A stretch of 16,989 nucleotides of DNA, taken from a virus. Its lineage: Duplodnaviria; Heunggongvirae; Uroviricota; Caudoviricetes. Within the stretch, counting starts at the first letter, position 1. Each line of letters opens with the position of its first letter. Shown here in pieces: positions 1 through 7,592 of the stretch. The notes beneath the pieces are model-generated. The model was not told the origin of the DNA. It was given only the letters and a program-made list of their open reading frames with translations, and ran no database searches. The DNA is taken from positions 1 through 16,989 of IMG/VR virus record IMGVR_UViG_2778261502_000004. One strand, written 5' to 3'. A program made the translations under genes and the position numbers.

Positions 1-489
1 TCAAATCAAGCATCGCACTCTGAAGCAAGTAGCCATCTGCCTGCTTCCTTTGATCTGCGAGAAGTTTGTGGCAGTGATCACCAATCCCCCCTGTGCGCGA
101 GCAGCTTTCAGTCCAGCTTTTGTTCGTTCAACAATCAGTTCACGCTCCATTTCAGCCAGGGCACCCATCACATGAAAGAAAAAGCGTCCCATTGAGGTAC
201 TGGTATCAATTGAATCCGTCAGACTACGAAAGTTGATGCCTCGTTCGCGCAACTCCTCCACCAGCACGACAAGATGCCGCATACTGCGCCCCAGCCGATC
301 CAGCTTCCAGACAACCAGAGTGTCACCTTCCGATAATGTCCTGAGCAGTTTTTTCAATCCCGGCCTTTCGGACTTTATACCGCTTATCTTGTCTTCAAAA
401 ATCAGCTCGCATCCTGCACAGTTCAGCGCATTACGTTGTAGATCTGTGTTCTGGTCATTTGTTGACACACGTACATAGCCAATAAGCAT
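1..489 (-). CDS. pin: Serine recombinase / DNA invertase (Pin-Gin-Cin-Hin family); catalytic domain intact, C-terminal tail does not look like the usual HTH DNA-binding domain (possible frameshifted pseudogene)
   Basis: ORF 1..525(-); real start likely ATG at 489 (MLIGYVRVSTNDQNTDLQ, catalytic Ser in VRVSTNDQ) with GGGAG 7 nt upstream; last ~28 residues (GLVITATNFSQIKGSRQMATCFRVRCLI) differ from the conserved GRIGGRRPKL...STLYK tail; stop at 1..3. Confidence 0.8.
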   Translation of the reverse strand: MLIGYVRVSTNDQNTDLQRNALNCAGCELIFEDKISGIKSERPGLKKLLRTLSEGDTLVVWKLDRLGRSMRHLVVLVEELRERGINFRSLTDSIDTSTSMGRFFFHVMGALAEMERELIVERTKAGLKAARAQGGLVITATNFSQIKGSRQMATCFRVRCLI

Positions 490-543
490 GGTAGATCTCC
501 CTGACAAAAGCAGGGATGATGCCATTTGCTCGTTATTTCTACA

Positions 544-569
544 TTTTCATAAACGTTGGTTTGGGAGAA
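544..569. repeat. Candidate invertase crossover site (pix/gix/cix-like), left boundary of invertible segment
   Basis: TTTTCATAAACGTTGGTTTGGGAGAA with core AAACG-TT-GGTTT; inverted copy of the site at 2114..2139; the central dinucleotide is complementary between the two sites as inversion requires. Confidence 0.6.
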
Positions 570-914
570 GCGGCGAAAAGGGATGTGGGCACAGGAGATA
601 ATCAGATACCGGATATGGGAGCATTCGCTTCTGGTTCGGGATGGTTCAGGCTACCAGGTGGATATATTGTTCAGTTTGGCACTTTTTCAGGAAACACGAC
701 CCGCTTTATCAGTGGACACTTCCCTATACCATTCCCTAATCAGCCGATGGTTTCAGTCAGTGTTATGTCTGATGCCGTTCAGTCAGACCCGTCGAATCCT
801 GCCCCGCAGGTTTTGTCTGTAAATTTTGAACATATCAGTAATTCAGCGTGGCGTGTGGCAACCAGTGATATCTCACAGCAATACAGATTCAGTTATATTT
901 CGATAGGATGGTAG
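570..914 (+). other. Start-less alternative tail-fibre C-terminal cassette (Sv'), expressed only after inversion
   Basis: ORF 516..914(+) opens with [24 protein letters not shown], the same junction peptide found inside the tail-fibre gene ([24 protein letters not shown]), then an unrelated C-terminus; no credible own start or RBS. Confidence 0.65.
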
Positions 915-916
915 AA

Positions 917-1357
917 ATGCAGAAATATATTTTCAGTGCCGATAAAAATGCGTTTTTCCCTGTGGAGCTTAAAATCGCTTATCAGGAATCCGGCGAATGG
1001 CCCGATGATGGAATCGAAATTGACGACACTGTTGCCGCCGAATTTATGAAGGAAGCACCAGAAGGAAAATACAGAGGCGTCATCGACGGAATGCCTGCAT
1101 GGATTGATATTCCACCGCCAACTCACGAGGAACAAATTGCCGCAGCCGAACTGGAAAAGCAGCAATTGATTGATCAGGTCAACGAATACATAAACAGTAA
1201 GCAATGGCCTGGTAAAGCGGCGATTGGTCGCCTGAAAGGTGAGGAACTGGCGCAATATAATTTGTGGCTGGATTATCTGGATGCACTGGAATTGGTAGAT
1301 ACTTCCAGTGCTCCAGATATTGAATGGCCTATACCTCCGGGGGGACAGGCCAGTTAA
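917..1357 (+). CDS. Tail fibre assembly protein (Tfa/U-like), partner of the alternative fibre cassette
   Basis: MQKYIFSADKNAFFP...GMPAWIDIPPPT...WPIPPGG, typical Tfa family features; AGGA 8 nt upstream of ATG 917; converges on the second tfa. Confidence 0.8.
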   Translation: MQKYIFSADKNAFFPVELKIAYQESGEWPDDGIEIDDTVAAEFMKEAPEGKYRGVIDGMPAWIDIPPPTHEEQIAAAELEKQQLIDQVNEYINSKQWPGKAAIGRLKGEELAQYNLWLDYLDALELVDTSSAPDIEWPIPPGGQAS

Positions 1358-1754
1358 TATTCTCTGGGTCGGTTGTCACATCAGTCGCCTTAATATCATT
1401 CTTATACGTCAGCCACGCCGACAGTTTTGCTCTGTTGGCGTCGCTAATTTCTCCCAGCATCAACTCTGTACGCCAGTCGAGCATCACATCATCAGCATGA
1501 GACAGTAGTTGCTGGCGTTTATTTTCTGCGACCTGAACTAACTCTTCTTTTGTTGGAGGGGGAATATCAGCCCAGGCTGGCATTCCATTCACGCTGGAGA
1601 GAATTTTCCCCTGCGGCCATACACCACCGTATTCCGCTCTTACGGTATCGCTGATTGCAACGGCATCTGATAAATCCCAGCCAGCATCGATATATTCCTG
1701 CATTAGGGACTCGGGAAAAAATGACAGGTTTGCGGGAGACCATAAAAATTCCAT
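1329..1754 (-). CDS. Tail fibre assembly protein (Tfa/U-like), partner of the currently expressed fibre
   Basis: MEFLWSPANLSFFPE...GMPAWADIPPPTKEE...NWPVPPEV; lies immediately downstream of the fibre gene on the same strand. Confidence 0.85.
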   Translation of the reverse strand: MEFLWSPANLSFFPESLMQEYIDAGWDLSDAVAISDTVRAEYGGVWPQGKILSSVNGMPAWADIPPPTKEELVQVAENKRQQLLSHADDVMLDWRTELMLGEISDANRAKLSAWLTYKNDIKATDVTTDPENINWPVPPEV

Positions 1755-1756
1755 AA

Positions 1757-2416
1757 TTAACGCCCTATTGAATACACCATTACATCCAGTGAGCTGGATG
1801 TATATGTACTGGTTGCAAGAAATGAAGAAAGATTGTTATTGGATGCACTGACAAATGGACTCGCCGCCACGTTAATGGTGCGGCTTTCAGTGTTGGCCCA
1901 TGAGCCAATAACCGTTGATGTGAACGGGATTAAATAGTTTGCTGATACTGTAGCCCCTGTAGTACCAGATGCTGCAGGAATACTTACTCTTTTCCACTGC
2001 AACATCCAGTTCTGAGGAAACCGTACATATCCTCCATTCAGTTCATTCCTGAATTCAAAACTACCCATATCCGGGATCTGATTTCCCCCTGTGCCCACAT
2101 CCCGTTTTGCCGCCTCTCCCAAACCAAGGTTTTCGAGAGCCGTTTTCACCGTGCCATCCGCTTTGATATCGCCAAACGGATTTTTGCGGCTTAACAGCAG
2201 CGCACGAAGCGCGGTAAGCAGCTGGTCGTGCCGCGCCTTCTCGAGACTGGCACCGGATGCCTCCACAACGCTGCAAAGCTCCTCCTGCAACATGTCAAAG
2301 TAGTCATCATCCAGATCGGTGGCAGGCGTGCCAGTCTGGGGGTTACCACGGGTAAAACCGTTTTTACCCGCGCCGAACTTATCCTTCTGCGCGGTTTTCG
2401 TGTCTATACGATGCAT
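1757..2416 (-). CDS. Side tail fibre protein (Mu S / e14 Stf-like): conserved N-terminal part joined to a variable C-terminal receptor-binding part
   Basis: 219 aa; N-terminus [47 protein letters not shown] is the conserved tail-fibre N-terminus as I recall it; the crossover site lies inside the gene at the [12 protein letters not shown] codons. Confidence 0.85.
   Translation of the reverse strand: MHRIDTKTAQKDKFGAGKNGFTRGNPQTGTPATDLDDDYFDMLQEELCSVVEASGASLEKARHDQLLTALRALLLSRKNPFGDIKADGTVKTALENLGLGEAAKRDVGTGGNQIPDMGSFEFRNELNGGYVRFPQNWMLQWKRVSIPAASGTTGATVSANYLIPFTSTVIGSWANTESRTINVAASPFVSASNNNLSSFLATSTYTSSSLDVMVYSIGR
2114..2139. repeat. Candidate invertase crossover site (pix/gix/cix-like) inside the tail-fibre gene, right boundary of invertible segment
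   Basis: CTCTCCCAAACCAAGGTTTTCGAGAG with palindromic core AAACC-AA-GGTTT; ~60 bp of inverted homology with 556..616 follows on the inside of the segment. Confidence 0.65.
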
Positions 2417-2419
2417 GGA

Positions 2420-3004
2420 TTACTCCGGATATTTAAAAATTACGTAGGTATGCGACGGGCAGAGTTTGTTAAGCACGCACTCGACAACGGTGTCCCCCCA
2501 GATACGCAGTGCGGAATCACAGGGATCGCCACATGTCATCCAGGTGGTGTTGGTGGCGGCTGGCATGTTGATCTGCCAGTAATACCGCCATTCAGGCGCG
2601 TTCACAGCGTCAGTACAGGCCGATGAGCAGGTGAACGTGCTTTTGTCGTATCGCGTGATGGTGGCATCTGGTCTGCCCAGGGCAGCAAGCTGTGCAAGAT
2701 AAAAATCCTCGTTGATGCCGCCCGCCAGGTTAACCTTCGCATCCAGCCGTTGCTGACGCTGGCGAAGGGTCTGTGTCCCTGCGGGAATACATTCATCCGG
2801 CAGACCGCACAGACGCTCCCAGCGGTTTATCAGTTCAGTGGTGGTGCGCGGATCCAGCTCCCGCATCAGGGCATCCGCACGCTGATGAACGCGGGTTAAT
2901 GACGGTGCCGCACCGGCAATCGCCGGATCGCTGGCTGACCACGCCGGACCGGGGGGCAACAGTGCCGACAACAGACGGATGTAATCATCGTTTGTCACGT
3001 CCAT
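2420..3004 (-). CDS. Tail/baseplate protein of the YmfQ / Mu gp48 type (DUF2313-like)
   Basis: 194 aa [24 protein letters not shown]...[13 protein letters not shown]; sits directly upstream of the tail-fibre gene as ymfQ does in e14; recognised from memory, not aligned. Confidence 0.75.
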   Translation of the reverse strand: MDVTNDDYIRLLSALLPPGPAWSASDPAIAGAAPSLTRVHQRADALMRELDPRTTTELINRWERLCGLPDECIPAGTQTLRQRQQRLDAKVNLAGGINEDFYLAQLAALGRPDATITRYDKSTFTCSSACTDAVNAPEWRYYWQINMPAATNTTWMTCGDPCDSALRIWGDTVVECVLNKLCPSHTYVIFKYPE

Positions 3005-3140
3005 GAAATCGTCCCCAGTACCGCCAGTTCATTTTTTGCAATGGAGATATTGTCTGCCGGTGCAAGCAACTGATGGCTGTATTCCCCGTTCGCACCGGAA
3101 ATCGCCTCACTGATACGCGATACCTTCAGTTCTCCCTGCG
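2995..3140 (-). pseudogene. C-terminal remnant of the gene that normally precedes ymfQ (baseplate J-like by synteny)
   Basis: Open frame ...[46 protein letters not shown], stop overlapping the ymfQ-like start (ATGGACGTGA); no start codon; about 48 codons only. Confidence 0.3.
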
Positions 3141-3269
3141 GATATAGGGTTTGTCGCGGTTCGGGTATTCATGTGTTTCCACACGGCGACCGGTTCCCGC
3201 ACTTTCTTCTTCAACCTTAAACGGCACGCCGCGAAATGACGCGTCCTGAAGCCTGTCTTTCCACGTCAT
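3126..3269 (-). pseudogene. N-terminal remnant of a Mu N-like DNA-circularisation / tail protein, cut off after 47 codons
   Basis: MTWKDRLQDASFRGVPFKVEEESAGTGRRVETHEYPNRDKPYIRREN* with GGAG RBS; the SFRGVPF...GRR..HEYP.RD.PY motif matches the N-terminus of this family as I recall it; expected position after the tape measure in Mu-like order. Confidence 0.5.
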
Positions 3270-3285
3270 ATATACTCCGAAAATT

Positions 3286-3310
3286 AAAAAGCCACCTATT
3301 AGAAGGTGGC
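3286..3310 (-). terminator. Rho-independent terminator downstream of the 176-aa gene
   Basis: GCCACCT-TATTAGA-AGGTGGC hairpin; on the minus strand it is followed by TTTTT. Confidence 0.7.
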
Positions 3311-3330
3311 CTTGTAATGAATTTTATTAA

Positions 3331-3861
3331 TTAGCGAGTCAGAAACAACGAATCTTTATACTTTTGCTGTTGTTCATTTAAATACTTAGCTGTTTCATCG
3401 CTGGCAAATGGAAATATTACCGTATTTTTAGGCATGGTAATTTCTTTTTTGTCCAGCGTCAGAGTAAACATAGGAACATACTGAGCAGAGTAACGCACCG
3501 CAGAAACGAGCTCTAGTTTAGACTCTTCAATAACACTTAAATTATCCAGGCTAACTTTCTCTTCATCTTTTTTCTTTGACGCATTTAAAGTTTTTATTAC
3601 TTTATTTAATTTCTCCTGAAAATCCTCCTTAAAGTTTTCAGGATTGCCGTCGACAACAAGAATCTGTTCACCCTGATTATCTGGAAAAATAATCTTTGCA
3701 CTTATCAATTTATTTTCTTTATAAACATCACCAAGTTTTATGGCTCCTCCAGATAACTGAATAATATGTTCATCTTTAAAGGAGATGTTGCCAGAGATTA
3801 TGAGAGATGAAAAAATAGCCGCTGCTCCAAGAATTACACTTGCTGTGATATAGCCTTTCAT
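3331..3861 (-). CDS. Hypothetical membrane-anchored or secreted protein encoded by an AT-rich insertion
   Basis: 176 aa; hydrophobic N-terminus MKGYITASVILGAAAIFSSLIISG then a Lys/Glu/Asp-rich domain; visibly AT-rich between GC-rich tail genes; own terminator. Confidence 0.6.
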   Translation of the reverse strand: MKGYITASVILGAAAIFSSLIISGNISFKDEHIIQLSGGAIKLGDVYKENKLISAKIIFPDNQGEQILVVDGNPENFKEDFQEKLNKVIKTLNASKKKDEEKVSLDNLSVIEESKLELVSAVRYSAQYVPMFTLTLDKKEITMPKNTVIFPFASDETAKYLNEQQQKYKDSLFLTR

Positions 3862-3952
3862 TTTTCGCCTATTAACATTTTTCTAAATGTGCATTAATTC
3901 TATCACTCTATTTATGACTTACAACCAGCAATACATGTGAGGGGAATCCTGG

Positions 3953-5785
3953 CTACCAAAATCGGGTATAGCCAACATCGTGATTTATATCAATGCCACT
4001 GGAGCGTGTTTCCGTAACCCGCATACCTGGTGGCATATTTATAAATGATACCTTGATCTCACCATCAACTTTTGGCGCGGTAGCTTTATTAATCATGAAG
4101 GGATTCGAGCCTGTGGCATCGGAGGCGTTGTTTGCCTGAGCCGGATCCACCGCCGGATAAGGAGTGTATCCCCGTGCCGGTATTCCCGTCCCATAAGCAT
4201 CATAAGCACCCGCGCCCCACTGCGCCGAGTTAATGGTATCGACCGTGTCACCGGAACTGCCGGTAAACCATTCAATAATCGGCTTCAGCTTATCCCACAT
4301 ATCCTGAAACCACTTAACAACCGGTCCCCAGTTATTGATCACCATCCCCAGCGGCGACCAGGCAAAAACCTTCTTCAGAAGTTCCCGGCCAGCCTCAAAA
4401 TAAGGACCAATGGTTTCCCAGAGCTTCTTGAAATAAGGTCCGACAACATCCCAGTTAGTGATAATTAATCCCGCAGCCAGAGCAATCGCCGTCGCAATCA
4501 TGCCAATCGGCGTCATCGACATGATCCTGCTGACAATACTGATGGCACTGCCCACGCCCATCAATCCCAGTTTCAGAATCGCAAGACCGGCAGCAAGCCC
4601 GACGACGCCGCGAATAACCCGGGGATTTTCATCCGCAAACTTCGTGAATTTTTCCCCCAACTCCCCCAGCCATTGCGTGATATTTTTAGCGTCACCAGAA
4701 AATGCGCCGCCAATAGCTGCAAGACCGTTAGTTGCGGTCCCCGTCATTGCCTCCCACAGGTTGGACAGCGTACCAAGCTGTGCCTGAACACGTTTATTCA
4801 GGCTGGCCTGTTTATTCATCTTCTGCTGGATCTGATCGTAACCATCCTTTCCTTTATCGATCAGAGCATTGACCACCTGAAGGGTTTCGGCATCATCACC
4901 AAATATTGCCTTAAGTACACCTGTTCGCTTAACGTCGGTCAGTTTTCGCAGCTTTGCCAGTTGCTTAAACATGTTATCAAGACCGCCAAAACTCCCTTTG
5001 CCGTCAGTAAAATCGAGCTGCACTCCGAGTTTCTGGCGGGCCATGACTTTATTGACGTCCCTGATTTTCTTAACGCTTAATCCGGACTGGATAACTTTTC
5101 GCAGGGCATTACCTGCCGACTCCCCGTTCATCCCCATCTGATCCATCATGACGCTGATAGGGGCAAGGCTCTGTGCAGCCTGAAGTCCGTCCTTATTCAC
5201 CATCTTCAGAACAGAACTGGTTTTAGTGAAGAAGGACAACATGTTGGTATCGTCAACGCCCAGATAAAACGCCTTCTGGATAGTGTCGAACAGTCCCATC
5301 ATGTCTTCTGACGCAGTTCCGGTAGCATCCTGCATCTTTGCAGCAAACTCAGCAGCCGCTTCCGGTGTTTTTTTCAGTTGTACCGCAAGATAAGCTGTCG
5401 CTTTACCCACACCACCAAGAATGTTTTCTGCCGGGATCCCCTGACGCACCAGCATCTGCATCATGTTCTGGAAATCAGCCGTTGTACCGGGTAGCTGGTT
5501 ACCCAGGCCAATAGCCAGTTTATTGATGTCCTGAAAGCTCTTTCCAACCTCGCCGTTCGCATCCATCATGGCGACTTTCAGCCCGGTGGCGGCGTTTTCC
5601 TGATCGGCATAAGATTTCAGGGAAAGCGTCAGACCCGCTGCCAGTCCGCCACCAAGCGCCAGCCCACCCTGTGACGCTTCTTCCGCCTGGCGTTTAAATC
5701 CCCGGATTTTCTTTTGCATTTTCGACAGCGCGGGAGAAAGCCTGTCGACACCGGTGATCAACGCCTTAAGCTCAAATTCAGCCAT
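3953..5785 (-). CDS. Phage tail tape measure protein
   Basis: 610 aa, Ala/Gly/Leu-rich with internal hydrophobic stretches; follows the frameshifted chaperone pair, the conserved tail-gene position. Confidence 0.85.
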   Translation of the reverse strand: MAEFELKALITGVDRLSPALSKMQKKIRGFKRQAEEASQGGLALGGGLAAGLTLSLKSYADQENAATGLKVAMMDANGEVGKSFQDINKLAIGLGNQLPGTTADFQNMMQMLVRQGIPAENILGGVGKATAYLAVQLKKTPEAAAEFAAKMQDATGTASEDMMGLFDTIQKAFYLGVDDTNMLSFFTKTSSVLKMVNKDGLQAAQSLAPISVMMDQMGMNGESAGNALRKVIQSGLSVKKIRDVNKVMARQKLGVQLDFTDGKGSFGGLDNMFKQLAKLRKLTDVKRTGVLKAIFGDDAETLQVVNALIDKGKDGYDQIQQKMNKQASLNKRVQAQLGTLSNLWEAMTGTATNGLAAIGGAFSGDAKNITQWLGELGEKFTKFADENPRVIRGVVGLAAGLAILKLGLMGVGSAISIVSRIMSMTPIGMIATAIALAAGLIITNWDVVGPYFKKLWETIGPYFEAGRELLKKVFAWSPLGMVINNWGPVVKWFQDMWDKLKPIIEWFTGSSGDTVDTINSAQWGAGAYDAYGTGIPARGYTPYPAVDPAQANNASDATGSNPFMINKATAPKVDGEIKVSFINMPPGMRVTETRSSGIDINHDVGYTRFW

Positions 5786-5960
5786 GTGTGCGTTTCTCCT
5801 GCTCTATCCTGTTTGCCTGACTGACCAGTAAGGGAATTTCACTGATCGGCATATTCAGCAATTCGAAAGGATTAATGCGCCAGTAGCTGGCGCAGTCAAA
5901 GAAGCGATCAGTGAGGTATTCAGCCGTCAGGCCTGGAGGAAAAAACCAGCCACAAGCCAC
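5778..5960 (-). CDS. -1 frameshift extension of the tail assembly chaperone (G/GT-type fusion product)
   Basis: ORF in the -1 frame overlapping the chaperone 3' end and the tape-measure start; entered through the slippery heptamer at 5939..5945. Confidence 0.6.
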   Translation of the reverse strand: MACGWFFPPGLTAEYLTDRFFDCASYWRINPFELLNMPISEIPLLVSQANRIEQEKRTHG

Positions 5961-6196
5961 GCCGCTGCATTCAGGTCTGCCGGAGACATCTGGTCGACAG
6001 AGTTTTGCGGCACTTTCGCCAGCCGCACAATGTATTTCGACACCACATGCGCCAGAAGTCTGACGGACTCATCCTGATTCATCTGGTAGGGATACCCCAG
6101 CTCGCGGACATCTTTCCCGGTGGGCTCATCAAACTCCAGTACGGAGAGTGTCTCGCCATGAGCGGTAATCGGTTTCTTTAACTCAAGCTCTTTCAT
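5927..6196 (-). CDS. Tail assembly chaperone (Mu gp41 / lambda G-like)
   Basis: 89 aa between tube and tape measure; ends in the slippery site. Confidence 0.65.
   Translation of the reverse strand: MKELELKKPITAHGETLSVLEFDEPTGKDVRELGYPYQMNQDESVRLLAHVVSKYIVRLAKVPQNSVDQMSPADLNAAAWLVAGFFLQA
5939..5945 (-). other. Programmed -1 ribosomal frameshift slippery heptamer T_TTT_TTC
   Basis: Minus-strand GCT GGT TTT TTC CTC sits 4 codons before the chaperone stop; the -1 frame continues FFPPGLTAEYL... to 5778. Confidence 0.6.
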
Positions 6197-6552
6197 TACT
6201 GGTAATCCCCTTCTTCACCGTGGAACTCAAGATCGACCGTGCCTTCTTCGGCATTATGGTTCGCTTCGCCGTGCAGCCAGGCAGACGACAGTACATAGAC
6301 CTGACCGTTCGCCAGCTCGGCAGTGATGGTCATCTCATCAGACGAGGTGATTTTGCTCACCGGAAAATTCTTCGGCACCTTGAAGGTCCCTTTGACATAG
6401 GGCGCACGGTGAGTTTCCTTGCGGTCCACTGAACCGTCCAGGCCGATGATGTCATCATTGACCGTCCTGTTCATGGGCACCTCAATGCCGCCGGTCAGCG
6501 ATAGCTGCTGACCGTCAATTTTGAAATAACAGGTTCCCCCGATACGGGCCAT
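6196..6552 (-). CDS. Phage tail tube protein (Mu M-like)
   Basis: 118 aa MARIGGTCYFKIDGQQLSLTGG...; TAATG overlap with the sheath stop; sheath-tube-chaperone-tape measure order. Confidence 0.7.
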   Translation of the reverse strand: MARIGGTCYFKIDGQQLSLTGGIEVPMNRTVNDDIIGLDGSVDRKETHRAPYVKGTFKVPKNFPVSKITSSDEMTITAELANGQVYVLSSAWLHGEANHNAEEGTVDLEFHGEEGDYQ

Positions 6553-7457
6553 TATGCAGACTCCTCTGAATACTGAAGACGGAACTGGTTAACCAAGGCA
6601 AAGACACGCAACTGGTTAACATAGTCAGGCGGGAACAGCGTGTTCAGGCGGTTCGGATCGCTGGCATCACGCTCCACAACCAGGTACTGCTTAAACAGTT
6701 CGTAGTTTTCCACGATCCCCGCACGCTCAAGCTGACGGTAGGTTGCCAGCAGTTCCCCTTTGATTACCGCCGGGGTGACAATCGCCTGACCGGGACCAAA
6801 GCGGGTACCGTCGCTGGCAAGCTTGTGACGCCCGTACTTACTGGTAATGACGGATTTCAGTTTGCGCAGTACATACGCACTGGTATGCAGCGTCTCGCTG
6901 TCGAGGTAGCTGTTATCCGCAACCCCGTAAGCATTTTTCCTGTACGTGGTGACATCACGCTGAATGCGCAGCCCCCCGCTTTCGACATACGCCGTTGCCA
7001 CGCCATGAGACAGCAGGGTCTGCTGCTCGGTCATCGTGAACCGTTTCCCCTTCGGCGCAGGCAGCATACCCACCAGCTCACCGGTCTGCGTGGGACGTGC
7101 CGGATCGTTGCGGATAAACACCGCTGCGCGGGCGGTACGGCTTGCCGCCAGCTCGTCGGCAGGCGTCTGGGTCTCTTTTTCGTACCCCGCCAGGGTGATG
7201 TGCTGCTGGTTAAACTGGTCACCTGCGTTCACCAGTTCTGACAGTGTGCCGGTCTTTGCCGTATACACATGACCATACAGCTGACGCGCATAGCTCCAGC
7301 GACCGCTGGTATCGTTCATCTCGGTCACTGTCCCACTTCGAACCGTAGCCGCGCTGATGACGGGATTGTCCTGGTTTGTATTGCTTCCAGCCTTCGCTTT
7401 TGTGGCTTTCGCAGTAGCCTGACGGGTCTGTGGTTGTAGAGCGGCAGCCGCGAACAC
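6552..7457 (-). CDS. Contractile tail sheath protein, 5'-truncated; the upstream part of this ORF is probably out-of-frame read-through from an HNH gene remnant
   Basis: 301-aa ORF with GTG start and no RBS; C-terminal two-thirds sheath-like by synteny and by motifs I recall (RKNAYGVADNSYLD, GQAIVTP, VERDASDPNRLNTLFPPDYVNQ); first ~40 residues are low-complexity Ala/Thr/Lys; sheaths are normally over 370 aa. Confidence 0.6.
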   Translation of the reverse strand: MFAAAALQPQTRQATAKATKAKAGSNTNQDNPVISAATVRSGTVTEMNDTSGRWSYARQLYGHVYTAKTGTLSELVNAGDQFNQQHITLAGYEKETQTPADELAASRTARAAVFIRNDPARPTQTGELVGMLPAPKGKRFTMTEQQTLLSHGVATAYVESGGLRIQRDVTTYRKNAYGVADNSYLDSETLHTSAYVLRKLKSVITSKYGRHKLASDGTRFGPGQAIVTPAVIKGELLATYRQLERAGIVENYELFKQYLVVERDASDPNRLNTLFPPDYVNQLRVFALVNQFRLQYSEESA

Positions 7458-7485
7458 GGCAGGCTTTTGGGGTTCGAGGGGGCAT
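7219..7485 (-). pseudogene. N-terminal fragment of a phage HNH endonuclease fused out of frame to the sheath gene
   Basis: MPPRTPKACRVRGCRSTTTDPSGYCESHKSEGWKQ...RGYGSKWD shows the C-x3-GC...YC-x2-H...RGY..W pattern of the HNH N-terminus; AGGA 8 nt upstream of ATG 7485; similarity is lost after about residue 52. Confidence 0.4.
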
Positions 7486-7543
7486 TATTAATGTCCTAAA
7501 TAGTTTCCTCTCTAAAAACTAATTTGTGTTAGGGAAATCATTA

Positions 7544-7587
7544 AATGAAGTGAACCTTTTAGTACCCACTGTAAAATTCACTTCATT
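7544..7587 (-). terminator. Long inverted repeat just downstream of the 169-aa gene (possible terminator or protein-binding site)
   Basis: AATGAAGTGAA ... TTCACTTCATT, 11-bp perfect arms with a 22-nt loop; no clean U-tract. Confidence 0.35.
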
Positions 7588-7592
7588 AATAT

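Larger units (their letters stand above)
544..2139. other. Invertible tail-fibre host-range segment (G/C/P-segment type): Sv'–tfa' on one strand, tfa–Sv on the other
   Basis: Two inverted crossover sites bracket two convergent tfa genes and two fibre C-terminal cassettes; invertase gene sits just outside at 1..489. Confidence 0.75.

Noticed and set aside
233-478. 81-aa plus-strand ORF inside the invertase gene
   Set aside because: Antisense to a well-supported recombinase gene, Ser/Arg-rich composition, no RBS.
516-569. N-terminal extension (MMPFARYFYIFINVG) of the alternative fibre cassette, and the overlapping 556..822 ORF
   Set aside because: The extension runs through the invertase promoter and crossover site; the cassette is meant to be start-less until inverted. 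The 556..822 ORF is an alternative frame of the same cassette.
893-1255. 120-aa minus-strand ORF overlapping the plus-strand tfa gene
   Set aside because: Antisense to a gene with clear Tfa signatures; Phe/Cys/Trp-rich odd composition.
2061-2626. ORFs 2061..2276(-), 2091..2303(+) and 2228..2626(+) inside the tail-fibre and ymfQ-like genes
   Set aside because: Alternative frames of GC-rich coding sequence; Arg/Gly/Ser-rich, no RBS.
4093-5080. ORFs 4093..4275(-), 4458..4787(+) and 4673..5080(+) inside the tape-measure gene
   Set aside because: Embedded in or antisense to the 610-aa tape-measure ORF; composition typical of out-of-frame translation.
6220-7272. ORFs 6220..6432(+), 6825..7241(+), 7031..7222(-) and 7036..7272(+) overlapping the tube and sheath genes
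   Set aside because: Antisense or alternative-frame ORFs in GC-rich tail genes; Arg-rich, no start context. Only the 7219..7485 frame has a recognisable motif and is reported.
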